A DNA stretch of 57,520 nt, counting the filler, from Circinaria calcarea (taxonomy: Eukaryota), in NCBI GenBank assembly GCA_051942165.1. It is 5 parts of 5 records of this genome, joined end to end, with 100 filler letters (N's around TTAATTAATTAA, not from the genome) between each part and the next. Parts side by side here need not be neighbours in the genome. Positions count along the whole stretch, not along the records: positions 34,622 to 46,026 come from JAVECS010000686.1; positions 46,127 to 57,520 come from JAVECS010000687.1; 3 more parts are not named here. One strand, given 5' to 3'. Positions 36,446 through 48,170 of this stretch are shown piece after piece; the stretch's first letter is position 1, and the number at the start of each line of letters is the position of its first letter. The translations under genes were made by a program, and so were the position numbers. The notes beneath the pieces were generated by a model that was not told the DNA's origin, did not search any database, and worked only from the letters and a program-made list of their open reading frames with translations.

Positions 36446-39020
36446 TCATGCGGCTTGCCATATCCCTGACTGACATAGATTGACCGTATAAATCTGTAAC
36501 GTTAACAAACGGTTCCAAACGTGTCTGGTTCTCTGTGACAGCAGCTTGGATAAGTCACTCATGATTACACCAAGACAGCGTCGTTCATGTTCCGCTATCC
36601 AGAGAAGGTCTTCTCTTAATGCCGCTTCGGTTGGTGCAGTGTACCCAGCCTTTCCACCGCCAAGACCGGTATCATCTCTTCGATGTGGACCTCCGGGGAG
36701 CTTATGAGACAGTTGAAGAAGACAAAGTAATAGGGACAGCTGGTATGATCGCCAGAGGTTGTACGCACCCAAGTGAAATGGCTGCTGCGCGGGGACGAGA
36801 AGGAGATGGCCCGTCTAGCTCCATTTGGTGAGCGAGGCTCTTTGGAAGTCGAGCATTGTCTTCTCCAGTGCGTGATGTAGGCCAACAGCCAAGAGGCAAG
36901 TTCTTGGTGGAGAAGGCTTTGCAGCGCAGACGAGGCTTGTTTGACTTTAGGATGGTTAAGCGCGTGGCTCATAACCCTCTTAGAGTATTGTCAGCACGCC
37001 ATGCGCAGGAGAGGTTGAAGACCTCGCATAAACTTCAACCAAGGGTTAGACGCAATATTCGATGCCAAGTCTACTCGTCCGTTCCAAGTATGACCGTTGA
37101 CAGGAGCAATACCGTGGACATAAGAAGTACTGTTAACTCAAGTCATGCCGTTGGCCTCTGGAGTATCATTGGTTTGAGGGGACTGACGGCAATAGTCTTG
37201 AGTCATCAGTTTGACATCCTACAGGTCTGAACCGTGTAGCTTGCTAACTACGGCCTCCATATATTCGTCTACTTGGCAATTCAGCATTGATATGATCATT
37301 ATGTCGAGGATGTTTTGATTCAACGAACCCTCCCCCCCAGGTTCGATGCCCTCAGATTTGTACATGCAGTGCAGGTGAACGGGATGTATTCCAAGTACTT
37401 ATCTTTCACCATGTTCTCTGGTGGAAAGATGGCGAACCTGCGACGCCGCAATTGGGGGTAAACAGACAACTTTCGAGGATAGATGCTCTCAGCTTCCACC
37501 GAGGCCGGTTGGCAAACAAGGGTAGTCTAGAGAGGAACCGAGAGTATTCTTCAACTCCTGATATACTTATACTGGCCATATTTTAGACCGTCGGGGCCCA
37601 CTGGTACATGGGCTATGCGATGTTCATGGCCAGCAAGCAATAGGCCTTAGATAAGACAGGCGATCTGTAAGTGATTTTTCAACCCAGAAATAGTTTGCCT
37701 TGAACCAATTCTCTTGATGCGCCTCTAGGAACTCTTTGCCACCTTCAAACGCAGTCATCCCGTCGGCCTCAAATACTCTAAGCCATAGGAGAGAATGGAC
37801 TGTCGCAAGCGTTAGCACAGTATAGGCTGTGACTTCAACGGCGTCGTACTTCTACCCCCAAGTACCATTGGCGGTCCGATTTTGGAGTGTCCAAATTAAA
37901 ATTTGGCAGAAAGGTTGTTGGGATTTGCTCATGCATTACCGAGCGCGGAATTGCTGTTATATATCCTCGATCCTAGAGAAGAAGTAACCGGACAAGAACT
38001 TGGGCGAGTAGCATAGTAGAATATTCTAACGTGGCATTTCATTTGTCTCTAGCCGTACCGGTAAACTAAGCCTCGCAGAGAAATATAGATACTTTGATAA
38101 TTGGAGATGCGTGTACATCGACATTCGGTGAATGGAGAAGTTCCATAAAACATTGCAGTTAGCACTAAAGCTGGGATTTCGCTCTAGATTGTACGTTTTG
38201 AAGTGGCTGTCAGCTCCAAATTGTGCGATCATGCTGTCCAGAGAAGGCTTCCTGCCTAAATGGCTAAGAGATTCTATAGTTTTTGTAGTGTTATCTGTAT
38301 CTGCTGGCAGCCCTGATGCGAACTCAACAGAGCCATGTTGAGTCGGTAAGCAAGTCTCCATGACATTTGCTACCGTTTGAAGATCAGATGCATTGAATGC
38401 TGTTATCTCGTAAGCATTATCAAGCAATATTGATAGTACCTAGCCATAGATGAGCGTGTGAGCTGAATAATTGGATCTGATACATACCCAAGGCCGGCCA
38501 CGCAGTGTCGTATACCACTGGCGACGTGAATTCGAGTCCTTGGCTTTGGAGACATCCTTGGGCCAGAGATCCTAGGAGTCCGTTGGCTCTTCCGGTCAGA
38601 AACTACTCTGGAAGCATCGTTCAAACTCAAGGCTAGGGGGGAAACCGTATACGGCATCAAGGCTCGAGACGATAGAAATGGACGGCTCACTGATTAGGAT
38701 GCCAGAAAAGCCTAGTTTACATCCCACCCACGTGGTCCCTGCGGCACAAGACTGGCAAATATATCTCCACCACCACCTTCAACGAATATGTTGAGCAGCA
38801 TATATAGCGAGTATGTGTTTATTACCATGTAGTTAACTTTCCAAACCAAATATACAGTGAAAAATGCTTTGATGGGGCGTGGAGGAGGCGTGGAGCATGG
38901 ACCTCGCGTAATACGTGAATTACACGTGACTCGGTAAGCCCTGTTCCAACCTGATAGCCATCCTCGGACAATCGCCATTCAGGTACTAGGCCGCTGTGCA
39001 ATGGAACCTTCTACTAAGTT
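36446..39020 (-). pseudogene. Bifunctional copalyl diphosphate / ent-kaurene synthase-type diterpene cyclase pseudogene
   Basis: Collinear fragments: GS..TAA*YL, VLSILLD, DTDNTTK (degenerate DXDD), HFKTYNLERNPSFSANCNVL, DK*N, QN..NGTWG*..EVTAY, FWVEK, DKYLEYIPFT, MIISMLNCQVDEYME, WVRTTSGDHTSCPY and AEHERRCL. Multiple stops, frameshifts and deletions. Confidence 0.88.
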
Positions 39021-39171
39021 TGGATTGCTCGGTCAGGATTGCCGGAAAGAGGGAATAGCATCGAGAGTCCAACTTGTCCAAGCTGTAAAAACACACGTTA
39101 TGAATCCTGTTTTTAATTCGGTCCGTCAACTTCCTAGCAATAGGACCCAACTTTGTCTTGCAGCAGCCCCA

Positions 39172-41092
39172 TCATGTCCGCGGAACGAAAGAAACCTGCC
39201 ACTCGTCGTATTGCATTTCGAAAACATCCCGACCCTTTAAATTTCCGGGTGCGCTTATCAGGGACCAGTTGCGTACAATCTGCTACCATATCAGGCTTTT
39301 GTTCTACATAAAACAGCGAGTGTGGCCGAAATATAACAAAGGGGCTTACTTACAGCTGCAATGGCTTTCTCGATCACAATCCACGCTAGATCTTTCCCAA
39401 TACAGCCTCGACTTCCTCGACCGAAAATGCAAAACACATCATCCATCCGTTTCACTTGCTCCGAGGAGCTACGCAACCACCTCTCAGGTCCAAATTCATG
39501 AACATTGCTACCAAAGATTGATTCTGATCGACATATCACGTACTGACTGCTCCAGACTCTCGTTCCCTCTGACAGCGGTTTGGAATTTGAAATTAAAGTT
39601 TCACCGCCAGGGCCAATAACGCGCTCAAATGGGCCTGTAAAAGGTAGATGCAATCGCAGCGATTCCTTGATTAGAGCTTGGAGAGTGGATAGCTTGGAAA
39701 GATGCGCGCTCGAGAGGTAAACGTCTTCTGGGAGGCTACTCAGTTCCGAATAAAGATGGGACTGCCAATCGGAATGGGTGGCAATCTCGTAGAGAATTGC
39801 AATTAGTCCGGCAGCCGTGGTACCTGTACCAGCAAACACAAAGTCTACGTATGAAGTCTCATGAGCCCCGACGGTAAGCGCATATATCTTATCTTAGACT
39901 TACTGAAGCACTCATACCGTATCATATTGCCATCGCTTTCATCAATCTCAAGTAAGTTCCTTAGAACGCAGGTTGCAGATCATGATTGCCCTGGACAGCG
40001 CGACTGAGAATTCGACGAGACCACTGATGAGGTTGGTAGCGTCAGTAAATGTTGCTGTTTATAACGATATCAATCAATGCAACTAACCACACCAGCAGCG
40101 GACAGACCCTTCGGTTGGCCATTCTCATCAAATCTTGGCTTTCTAATGAAAGAGCCTACCGCAGGCGAAGCCATGAGCCTGGCAAGCCATGGCACCTGAC
40201 CGGGCCCAATGGTGAGTGGCCAGAGTTTCTAGCGATTATATGTAATTAGCTAGGAAAAGAAGAGCGTTTGGACAGTAAACGATAAGTACCTTTTTGGAAG
40301 CAATAACGCCTGCTCGATCACCATGAGAAGTCAATCCCATTGAGCTTCCGTATGTCAACTCGAGCACTTGAACGTTAGGATGCCACACGGTGATAAATGT
40401 GGAGAACCATACCGATATCAAAAACCAAACGCTCAATACCAGGTGTTATGTTAAGTTTACCCCCACCGACTTTGACCTCCCCCTGAAGCTTTGCCATGTA
40501 GGTTTAAAATTTATCCATTATGGACGATTCGTACTGTGTAATATTCTTCGGCGTAAACTATACCAAATGTAAGTGTCTAGACGGGCGTCCAACAGCTCCG
40601 CCAAGAGACCCACAGCTGCTGAGACCAGTTTCTTTTTCGCCTCTCGATGCAGCAGCTCGGTCCTAGCTGCAAAGACATTGGGATCTTCAGGATTTCCATA
40701 AGACGTGATGACGTAGAAGTCGCCTTTCCGGACTGTGTTTGTAAAGCCGTAGATGGCTTTGAAAGCGTCAATGTCGGAGATGAGCAAACTGCTAGGCCCA
40801 TCACGAACGAAGCTTCCGTATCGCTCATGGAGCTGAAGATCGGAAAGACGCTGGGAGCCTCGAAGGAAGGAAAAGAATCTCCTATGTCTAGAGGTTAGCC
40901 GGGCTCTCCGTCCTGAGGATGGATGCAAACTAGAAATATGTTAACTTTGTGAGTAAAGGTCCCGGATATGAAGCCAAAGGATGGAAGACAAGCAAGTAGA
41001 CGACTCGAGATAGAACAAGGCTACACAACAGCAGCACAGCATTAACGCCGGAAGAAATCGCGGTGAGCTTGGAGATAGCAGTGGATGGGCAT
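39172..41092 (-). pseudogene. Cytochrome P450, probably pseudogenised
   Basis: Motifs FHPLASYPGP, LHERYGSFVR, FAGTGTTA, KESLR, PERW and FGRGSRGCIG. In-frame TAA at 40504-40506. The ATG is out of frame with the TM anchor. The first splice donor is defective or creates a stop near 40930. Confidence 0.8.
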
Positions 41093-41986
41093 CTGTGGTA
41101 TACCTAACTTGCAAGGCTCAGGGGGGATTCGAAGTGGGGCATTTGTGGATTGAAAACCGCCCCCATAGAATCAGTCCGAAATCGATGCTGATTGGCGTCT
41201 TCTCTGTAGGCACTGTAAGTACAGCATCGACATGTGCCGCTGTAAAGTGTTTAGTGCCGTGGTACCCTCGCATGCCTTAGGCACCTACGGAGCACTCATA
41301 CCTTTACCTGCCCTTCTTTCTGACTCGCATATATGCCATATCCAGACACATCCGATGAAGAAATAACGAGGCCCATTCATCCGAAGACCGATTGACATCC
41401 ACGAAGCTCGTAATCTTTCTGCAAGGGACGACGGAGTATCAAGCGACTAAGCTACTTTCGGCTTCTCCTCAATCGAAACATGCCCACGCCTCCGCACACG
41501 CCCCCGTGAAGATCAATGAGCCGAGCCGAGCCGTCTTTGCTGTAGTAAAATACTCCGATGCCATATTGATCCGTTGGTACACATTGGGCATGATGAGATG
41601 CGGATGCAACCCTACCCCATCTTGGAAACTTCTTACTCGTCCACTGGGGCCAGCCATGCCGTTGATCAAGCCTGTATGGCCGTTGATCATTACGTCGACC
41701 TTTCTAGTGGTGTGGTCAGTACCTAACTCTAGCCATAATGCTGGACGGCACAGGTCCATCAGATTTCAGTGGTACAGTCTAGGCTACTCAAGCCCTGGCG
41801 GATGCTGCATCGATGTATCATGTTTGGGGTGACACTCTTTTTATCCGCCTCAGCGATTGAAATTACCAGTCTATATGTATAGTAGCCTCCAGCTACCCAT
41901 CCGCAGATGCACATTTCCTGTCCTATTTTACAAGCTTTTCAAAATTTGCGCTGTACCAAACGCCGTGATAAAGCGCGAGAAACGTT

Positions 41987-43340
41987 ATGGAGACTCTGCC
42001 TGCCCCTGGGGAAACCCTTGGCCCTATGCTGCTGAAGTTTATATGGGCAGGGGCTGGATTCGCAACTATATTCTTGGGTTTCAGGGTACTCGCTCAAGTG
42101 AAGGTCACGAACCAGCTTCATCTGGATGATTACTTGATGATTCTAGCTCTGGTAAATGAGAGCTTGATATCCATATAATGTCAGTACCTGACATGGAAGT
42201 TAGATTTTTGGGACTGTCTCCGGAATAACTACTACAATATCTGCTCATTGGGGATTCGGGGGCCACATTTACTATCTCAGCAATAAACAGATATCCCAGG
42301 CTATCAAGTACCAATACATGACACAACCTTTTGCGTACTTGGCCCTTGTTTTTGGACGAGTATCGTTTGCCGTCTCCCTGCTTACAATAATCGGCACAAC
42401 CAAGACACGACGCTGGATTCTATACGGTCTCATACTAGGCCAGTTTTCAATAAATCTGGTTTTTATCGGACTCGAGTTGGGCCAGTGTAATCCTCCAGAG
42501 AAGTACTGGAACCCAACGATAGCAGGTACATGTCTTCTAAGCCCTCAGGTAATAGAAGTTTCTGGATATGTGCAAGGATGTGAGGATTCCGGTAGCGCTT
42601 ACACTTTGCCCAGCAGATAGTACTGATCTTCTATTTGTCTAGGTTGGAATATATTCACTGACTTCGCACTTGCTGTACTTCCCGGTGTTGTGATTTCGGA
42701 CCTGAACATGAAACTCCGAACGAGACTGGGCTTAATCTTCTTAATGGGGTTAGGGATCGTGTACGCTTTCTATACCACCGCTGTGGAGACGAGCTAAATT
42801 CTTTGTGGTCCAGTAACATGGCGGCTGCAATTGTCACCATAGTAGAGATCTCAAAAATCGGAGCTGAGCACGATTTTACCTGTAGGTTGTGCTGGAATCA
42901 GAGTTCACCCTAACTTCCTATGCGACTAGTTGACTGATCCTCTCAATAGATGCTTACGTTACTGTGGAAATATGGGGAGTGTAAGATCAGTCTGCCGAGG
43001 TGCTCTGCCTGTGGAAGACGGAAGCACTAACAGACACTCACCCAGAGTCCAAACCTATCTCGCCATAATCATTGCCTCGATCCCGTTCATCAGACCACTA
43101 TTTCACAAATCGAAAATCTTCAGCTTGTCCTTCTATCGTTCTTTCCTGGAGAGATACTCTCGCCGAAGCCGACATTCTGATCAGGCCAGGTCTTATCATC
43201 GTCGCATAGATGAGGGGTATACTGCACAAGAGGAGAAGAGTTCTAACCTTCGGTTGGGTAAGGTTCCGAGAGACCTTTTTATCACCACGACGCTGCGCAA
43301 CGTAATGGCCGATGACTTTGATGGATCCAGAACACTGTGA
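41987..43340 (+). CDS. PTH11-like / fungal rhodopsin-domain integral membrane protein (no CFEM)
   Basis: Motifs LDDYLMILAL, GFGGHI, GRVSFAVSLL, QCNPPEKYWNP, TDFALAVLP, LMGLG and IIIASIPFIRP. Five introns give an open frame. Confidence 0.85.
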
Positions 43341-44254
43341 GGCGAAGACATGTCCTGAGCCTGATCATCAGTGGACGGACACATGTTGAGGTCTTATACT
43401 AAGTAAGCCAAAAATCCATGGCTACCATATGGACCTTATACCACATACAATAGCTGCTATATGGGAATAAGCCTACAAGTGGATATCCATAGCACGGGAT
43501 GGGTACGGAAGGGTATACAGAGGGCTATTAAGCCACGGAATAAGTGGAAATCATATTTACTACGTGATTCGTTTCATTATCATTTTCGAAGTACGTATTA
43601 AAACTCTACAAAATAAAGCCAAAAAGAGCACAACTGTTTGACAGGCTAATGGGTTTCTACTCCGTACCGCATCACTAGTACATACTGAAAGGAATAATTT
43701 TCATTGTCACTGTGATGAAATGGGTGAAGGTCTAAGCGACAAATTGGAAGGTACCTATAAATAACCGAATAGCGTGCCAATATATACGCTTCACAGCACC
43801 CAGGATAAAGAGATCGTCCCCACTGGATCTAAGATTGAGGATACCGTCAATCCGACCGCGTAAAGATAGGACTTCCTCGAACTGAGTATTGGATCGTTTT
43901 TAGGTAAGGCCGGACATATTAAAGATGTACATAAAACAACGCTTAATGACAATCAGTGAGCCGCATCTATCCTAGAGCTATGGCTAGGAATAGAGCCATG
44001 GGTCCGTACCTTGATGAGTTTCCAATCGGTTTCATGATTATTCTGTTCTCGCGGTGTGGTCAGACTCTATATATGTCTCTTTACATGAGATCGCCGTATT
44101 TTCTGTAATGAATTTACTGTCTTTTGCATTCTACTAGCTTCTGCTACTCTATTCGACCCTTCAACTTTAAGGAATTATCAATCCTATAGGGCTCTACCTC
44201 TAATTTTCTGAATTCATTCAACTCTAGCAGCCTTCTCAACCTCTTTGGAGTATC

Positions 44255-45744
44255 ATGGCGCTCCAAAATGGTCTGGGCCTACCATCTATTCCGCCGACAC
44301 CACCGGACTTTTATTTCTGTGATAGGATTTATGGAGAGGTTACCGCTAACGATTGCCTTGCTGCCGCAAGGCAAATGCCCACGGGTGCTGATCCAGTTAC
44401 GTGGACTTCTGACCTTACAGATCTCCATCACATCGAATGGGTGGGTGCGTTTGGTTAGCAATCTCGGTGCTCACAAGGTATGAGCCTCTGCTGACACATT
44501 TTAAGGCAATTGCATGATTCAGATCGGGCTGGGTGGTTTTTATTATCAGCAGCTGTCGCGCGCCATAAGGCCGGATACCTTTCGTGGCATGGCGGGATGG
44601 CTGATTGATGAGTGTGCTACCGGACCGGGTATAGGAGGAATGGTTACGTTGAGTATTGGTGACTTCCTGGGCTGGATTACTCGGACGGATGATGTGTTTC
44701 AGACAACGCGTAGGTCTTTTAGTCTACCGAAGTTGATTCTGCTGTTTTTGCACAAACCATACCAATTTAACACACTTTTTGTTAGCAATGGAACACTTGT
44801 TCTTCACGGTCTCTATCCGTAACCCGACAAGTCCTGTGAATTTGCCGGGATCCGAGGATCCAGCAATCGGAGAGGTTATTGCCGACACGCTACGCTCAGC
44901 CGCGGAAAGAGCACCTCCAGGAAGTGAACTCCAGCGACACTATCAGGAATCAGAATCTCAAGTGGCGGCCCAGATTCTCTGGATGTCAAGAGGAGGGGAC
45001 ATAGCCTGGTTTGAGGTTGCCTTGGGGCCTAAAGAGGAGACCATGACCTACGTATGTGATCCGAACTTGGGAGCCCCAACTCAGGTGGACTGCTCCAAGC
45101 TAGAGTATGCTCAACTCGGTGCGTCGAGCGACAATCTGCACGTTGGACCTGGGGTGGTGAAATTTCTCTCGTCCGGTAAGCGCACCTTGGATTCTCAATT
45201 GGCTGCAGCAAGCGCATCATTATTGACCACAGCACAGAGACCTGCAACGTTGCCATCACCGCGACAAAAGCTCTTGCCCTCAATTGGGCACAGATCAAAA
45301 CCGCCATCGCGAGCTTATCCAACATCTGCGTCGCTCACCCACTTCATCCCGCTCGTGGCGGCAGGGCTTACTACGGTGCTCAGAATCCTCTTAGCATCGG
45401 TGGTCGGAGTGCAAAGAAAATCCCAACGCTCACCGGTAAGTTTTTTTATTTTATCCATGTGTTAACAGTTTTTCCACCCACCAGTGTGCGCGAAGCAACA
45501 CCATGTTCTCTTCCGCGCAACGTACCTTCTTCCACTCGCCCGAGGCCTAATTCTCTCCCTTTTTGGCAATCTAGGTCTCAACGCCCTTCCCCCCCACGCC
45601 AACGTTACAATCTTCCAGCAAATCGAGCCGGTTCCCCCAAACGCGGCCGCCAAGGTTAGCAGTTGCACCTGGTACCAAGTCCTCTCCGGCGGCAATGTCG
45701 CCTCCTGCGTCAAGGGGCCCCGTGGCCGAAAACCCACCGGATGA
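44255..45744 (+). CDS. Cys-rich two-domain hypothetical protein (multi-exon)
   Basis: Spliced frames join FYFCDRIYG..DCLAAARQMP..GNCMI..GMAGWLIDEC..GGMVT with YVCDPNLGAPTQVDC..TCNVAI..WAQI..ICV..GGRAYY..GLNALPPHANVTIFQQ..CTW. The start codon is uncertain. Confidence 0.65.
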
Positions 45745-46026
45745 ATTTCCCCAGGTGCCTTGATGATGTTCGCCGGTAACGCAGTGTGATGGCCTCCATG
45801 CAATGACACTGGCCCGGTTGCACTATGCGGTCGTATCTACCATGTGTGGTATGCAGGAGATTCGCTCGGCAGTATAAATCATTCCAATGAAAACCCCGTT
45901 CTGGGGAGATTGTGTTGGGACGATGAACCCCGGAGGTTTCTGGGAGAAAAGGAGACGTTTGAGGGAGAGAGAGGGATACCGTACCGGGCCTTGTATATCC
46001 ATCCTTTCAACAAACCCCCCCCCCCC

Positions 46027-46126
46027 NNNNNNNNNNNNNNNNNNNNNNNNNNNNNNNNNNNNNNNNNNNNTTAATTAATTAANNNNNNNNNNNNNNNNNN
46101 NNNNNNNNNNNNNNNNNNNNNNNNNN
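46027..46126. other. Artificial contig linker
   Basis: N44-TTAATTAATTAA-N44. Confidence 0.98.
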
Positions 46127-46313
46127 AGAAAGCTTTCGTAGGGATTCAGCATATCATAGCTACTCGGTGCGTGATTTGTTTACTGATTTTCTACTGCCAA
46201 AAATTTGAGTGGAATGATTTCTATTTTCCAGCCGGGAACCCCTCGTCTAATACTACAAAAATAGCGTTCTTTTCCCTAATGAAAAGGAAGTCGCTCTACA
46301 GCGGTTGTTTATT

Positions 46314-46547
46314 CTACTTTGGTCGCATGGGAAATAATCTATAGCTCGGCGCTAAAAGCACTAAAATCCTTACTCAGATTATTAAGATTTTCCCGGTATT
46401 TTACTCCCATCTCCTATTCTGATTGGTGCAAATGGCATGCATACGAGATACTAGAAGTAAATAACAAAGCGTTTCCGGAGTTTAACTGAATTAAGTATTG
46501 ATCTACTAGCGCCGAGCTATGAATTATTTCCCATCCGACCATAGTAG
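46314..46547. mobile_element. MITE-like non-autonomous TIR element (TA-flanked, Tc1/mariner-like)
   Basis: 46314-46354 matches the reverse complement of 46507-46547 at 37/41 nt. TA dinucleotides at 46315-16 and 46545-46. The interior is AT-rich and non-coding. Confidence 0.6.
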
Positions 46548-48170
46548 CTGTTTGTAAGGGCTCTACCCGAGAACCCCTACGAACCCTACGGGTGAACTAT
46601 ACACCGAGGTCACGAGGTACTAGCTTAGCGAGAAAGGTTTTCTTCGCGAAGCGTTACACTAGAATTCTTTAGCAATAATTCATACGCTTACGCGAACCCA
46701 TTGAGCTCATTATCACACAGTTTACCGACCCTTATCGTAAGATCATCATACTATTCGTAGAGGATCCTTACACTGTTTTATTTCCTACGCCAGAAAACTA
46801 TAAAAGACCTGCTACATGCAGAAGTCTCTGCGTTTGCCTCGAGGCTCTTCTTCTTTTTTTTCTCGAGGCGATCTCCGTAAAGGCGGCTTAGACGGAGCAG
46901 CCACTCTAGATAGCGAGTAGCCATAAAAACGATAAGTTCATTAATACAGTTTATAAATTAATATACTCCTGAGAAGCTAATCGGAAAACCCCCCCCCCTG
47001 GGCTAGAAAGTAAAATATTTCATCGCCTTACTCCGTGAGATAGCGTTTACTTCGTACTAGCAAATTACTAGAGTACTGTTGCAATTAGGCGATTACGAAC
47101 AATAATTACGAGATAATTACTTGAGCGAAATACCAAACGATTACTTGGCATGCATGTAATCAGTGGCAAATACCGAATTGGGCATGATTCAGGGGCGGGG
47201 AAAACTCTGCAATACAGGCATAAATTACCTGTGTTCCCCACATATATTCTATCGCCAAAAAAGAAAAAAAGGAGGACCCTCAAAAAACGAATAGACTGTT
47301 GACACCAACTTTATCGACCTGACGGCGTTTTTTCCTTAAACCTCTCCCCCCGGCCCCCAGGAATTCGTTAGCACTCCTTGGACTAACGAAGTGCTGCCAC
47401 CACTGGTATGACCCAGTGCACCTCTCGTTTTGATGTCTATTGAACAGTGGTAGGAGGCTCTAACTCCCGAGGAAGGCAGGAAATGTCGCCCAGTGTAAAT
47501 CACCATTTTGCAAGTAGCAGGCACTGTGCCGCGCTCAGTTGTATAGACTCTCTTGCCAGTAGAGATCTTCTAAAGAAAGAGTGATCTCAGTTTCATTGCA
47601 TACACTCCGAAGCTACGTATTGTAGGTTGAGTGTGCAGATCAGAGGTTGAGATAGGGTTCCCCCTAGTCTAAAGAGCTAAGATGGTATCCTGAGGCATGC
47701 TTGAGGCCATCTGCATGCTTCTACGCAGCTTTGAGATATCGCTCTAGGAGGCGTGCGGTACTCTGGTGAGGTGTATATGTGGCGATCCCGAACAGAGCCA
47801 GCCACTAGGATCGTCATCAGACAGTTTTGACAGGTGATCGGTTGATCCGCAGCCCACTGTGTAACAGCATCGTTTGGTACTTGAGATTCGGAGGCGACCG
47901 AGTGCATTTCCCATCCCAAAAGATCGATTGAGATTATCACCCTAGGTCAGAGACCTTGGAGGGAGTGCAGGTGAGCTATCGAGAGCTGCAGTAAGGATAC
48001 CAGGTCGGTATGGAATCAGGAACTGGTTCTGGAATAAACCTAAGGACACGGATTAGCTTCCAGCATTTCACTATTGTGGATTTTATTTCGAGGGTGGTCT
48101 CGCTTCTTACCATGACATTCTTGTTATCTCGCTCCAATTTAATAACCCATATTGATCAAGTAACGGTAGG

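Noticed and set aside
37330..37360. GGTTCGATGCCC as a tRNA T-loop
   Set aside because: No acceptor stem, D-arm or anticodon arm, and it lies within the cyclase pseudogene.
41392..41832. Overlapping ORFs between the P450 and the PTH11-like gene
   Set aside because: No recognisable domain. Most simply promoter-region chance ORFs.
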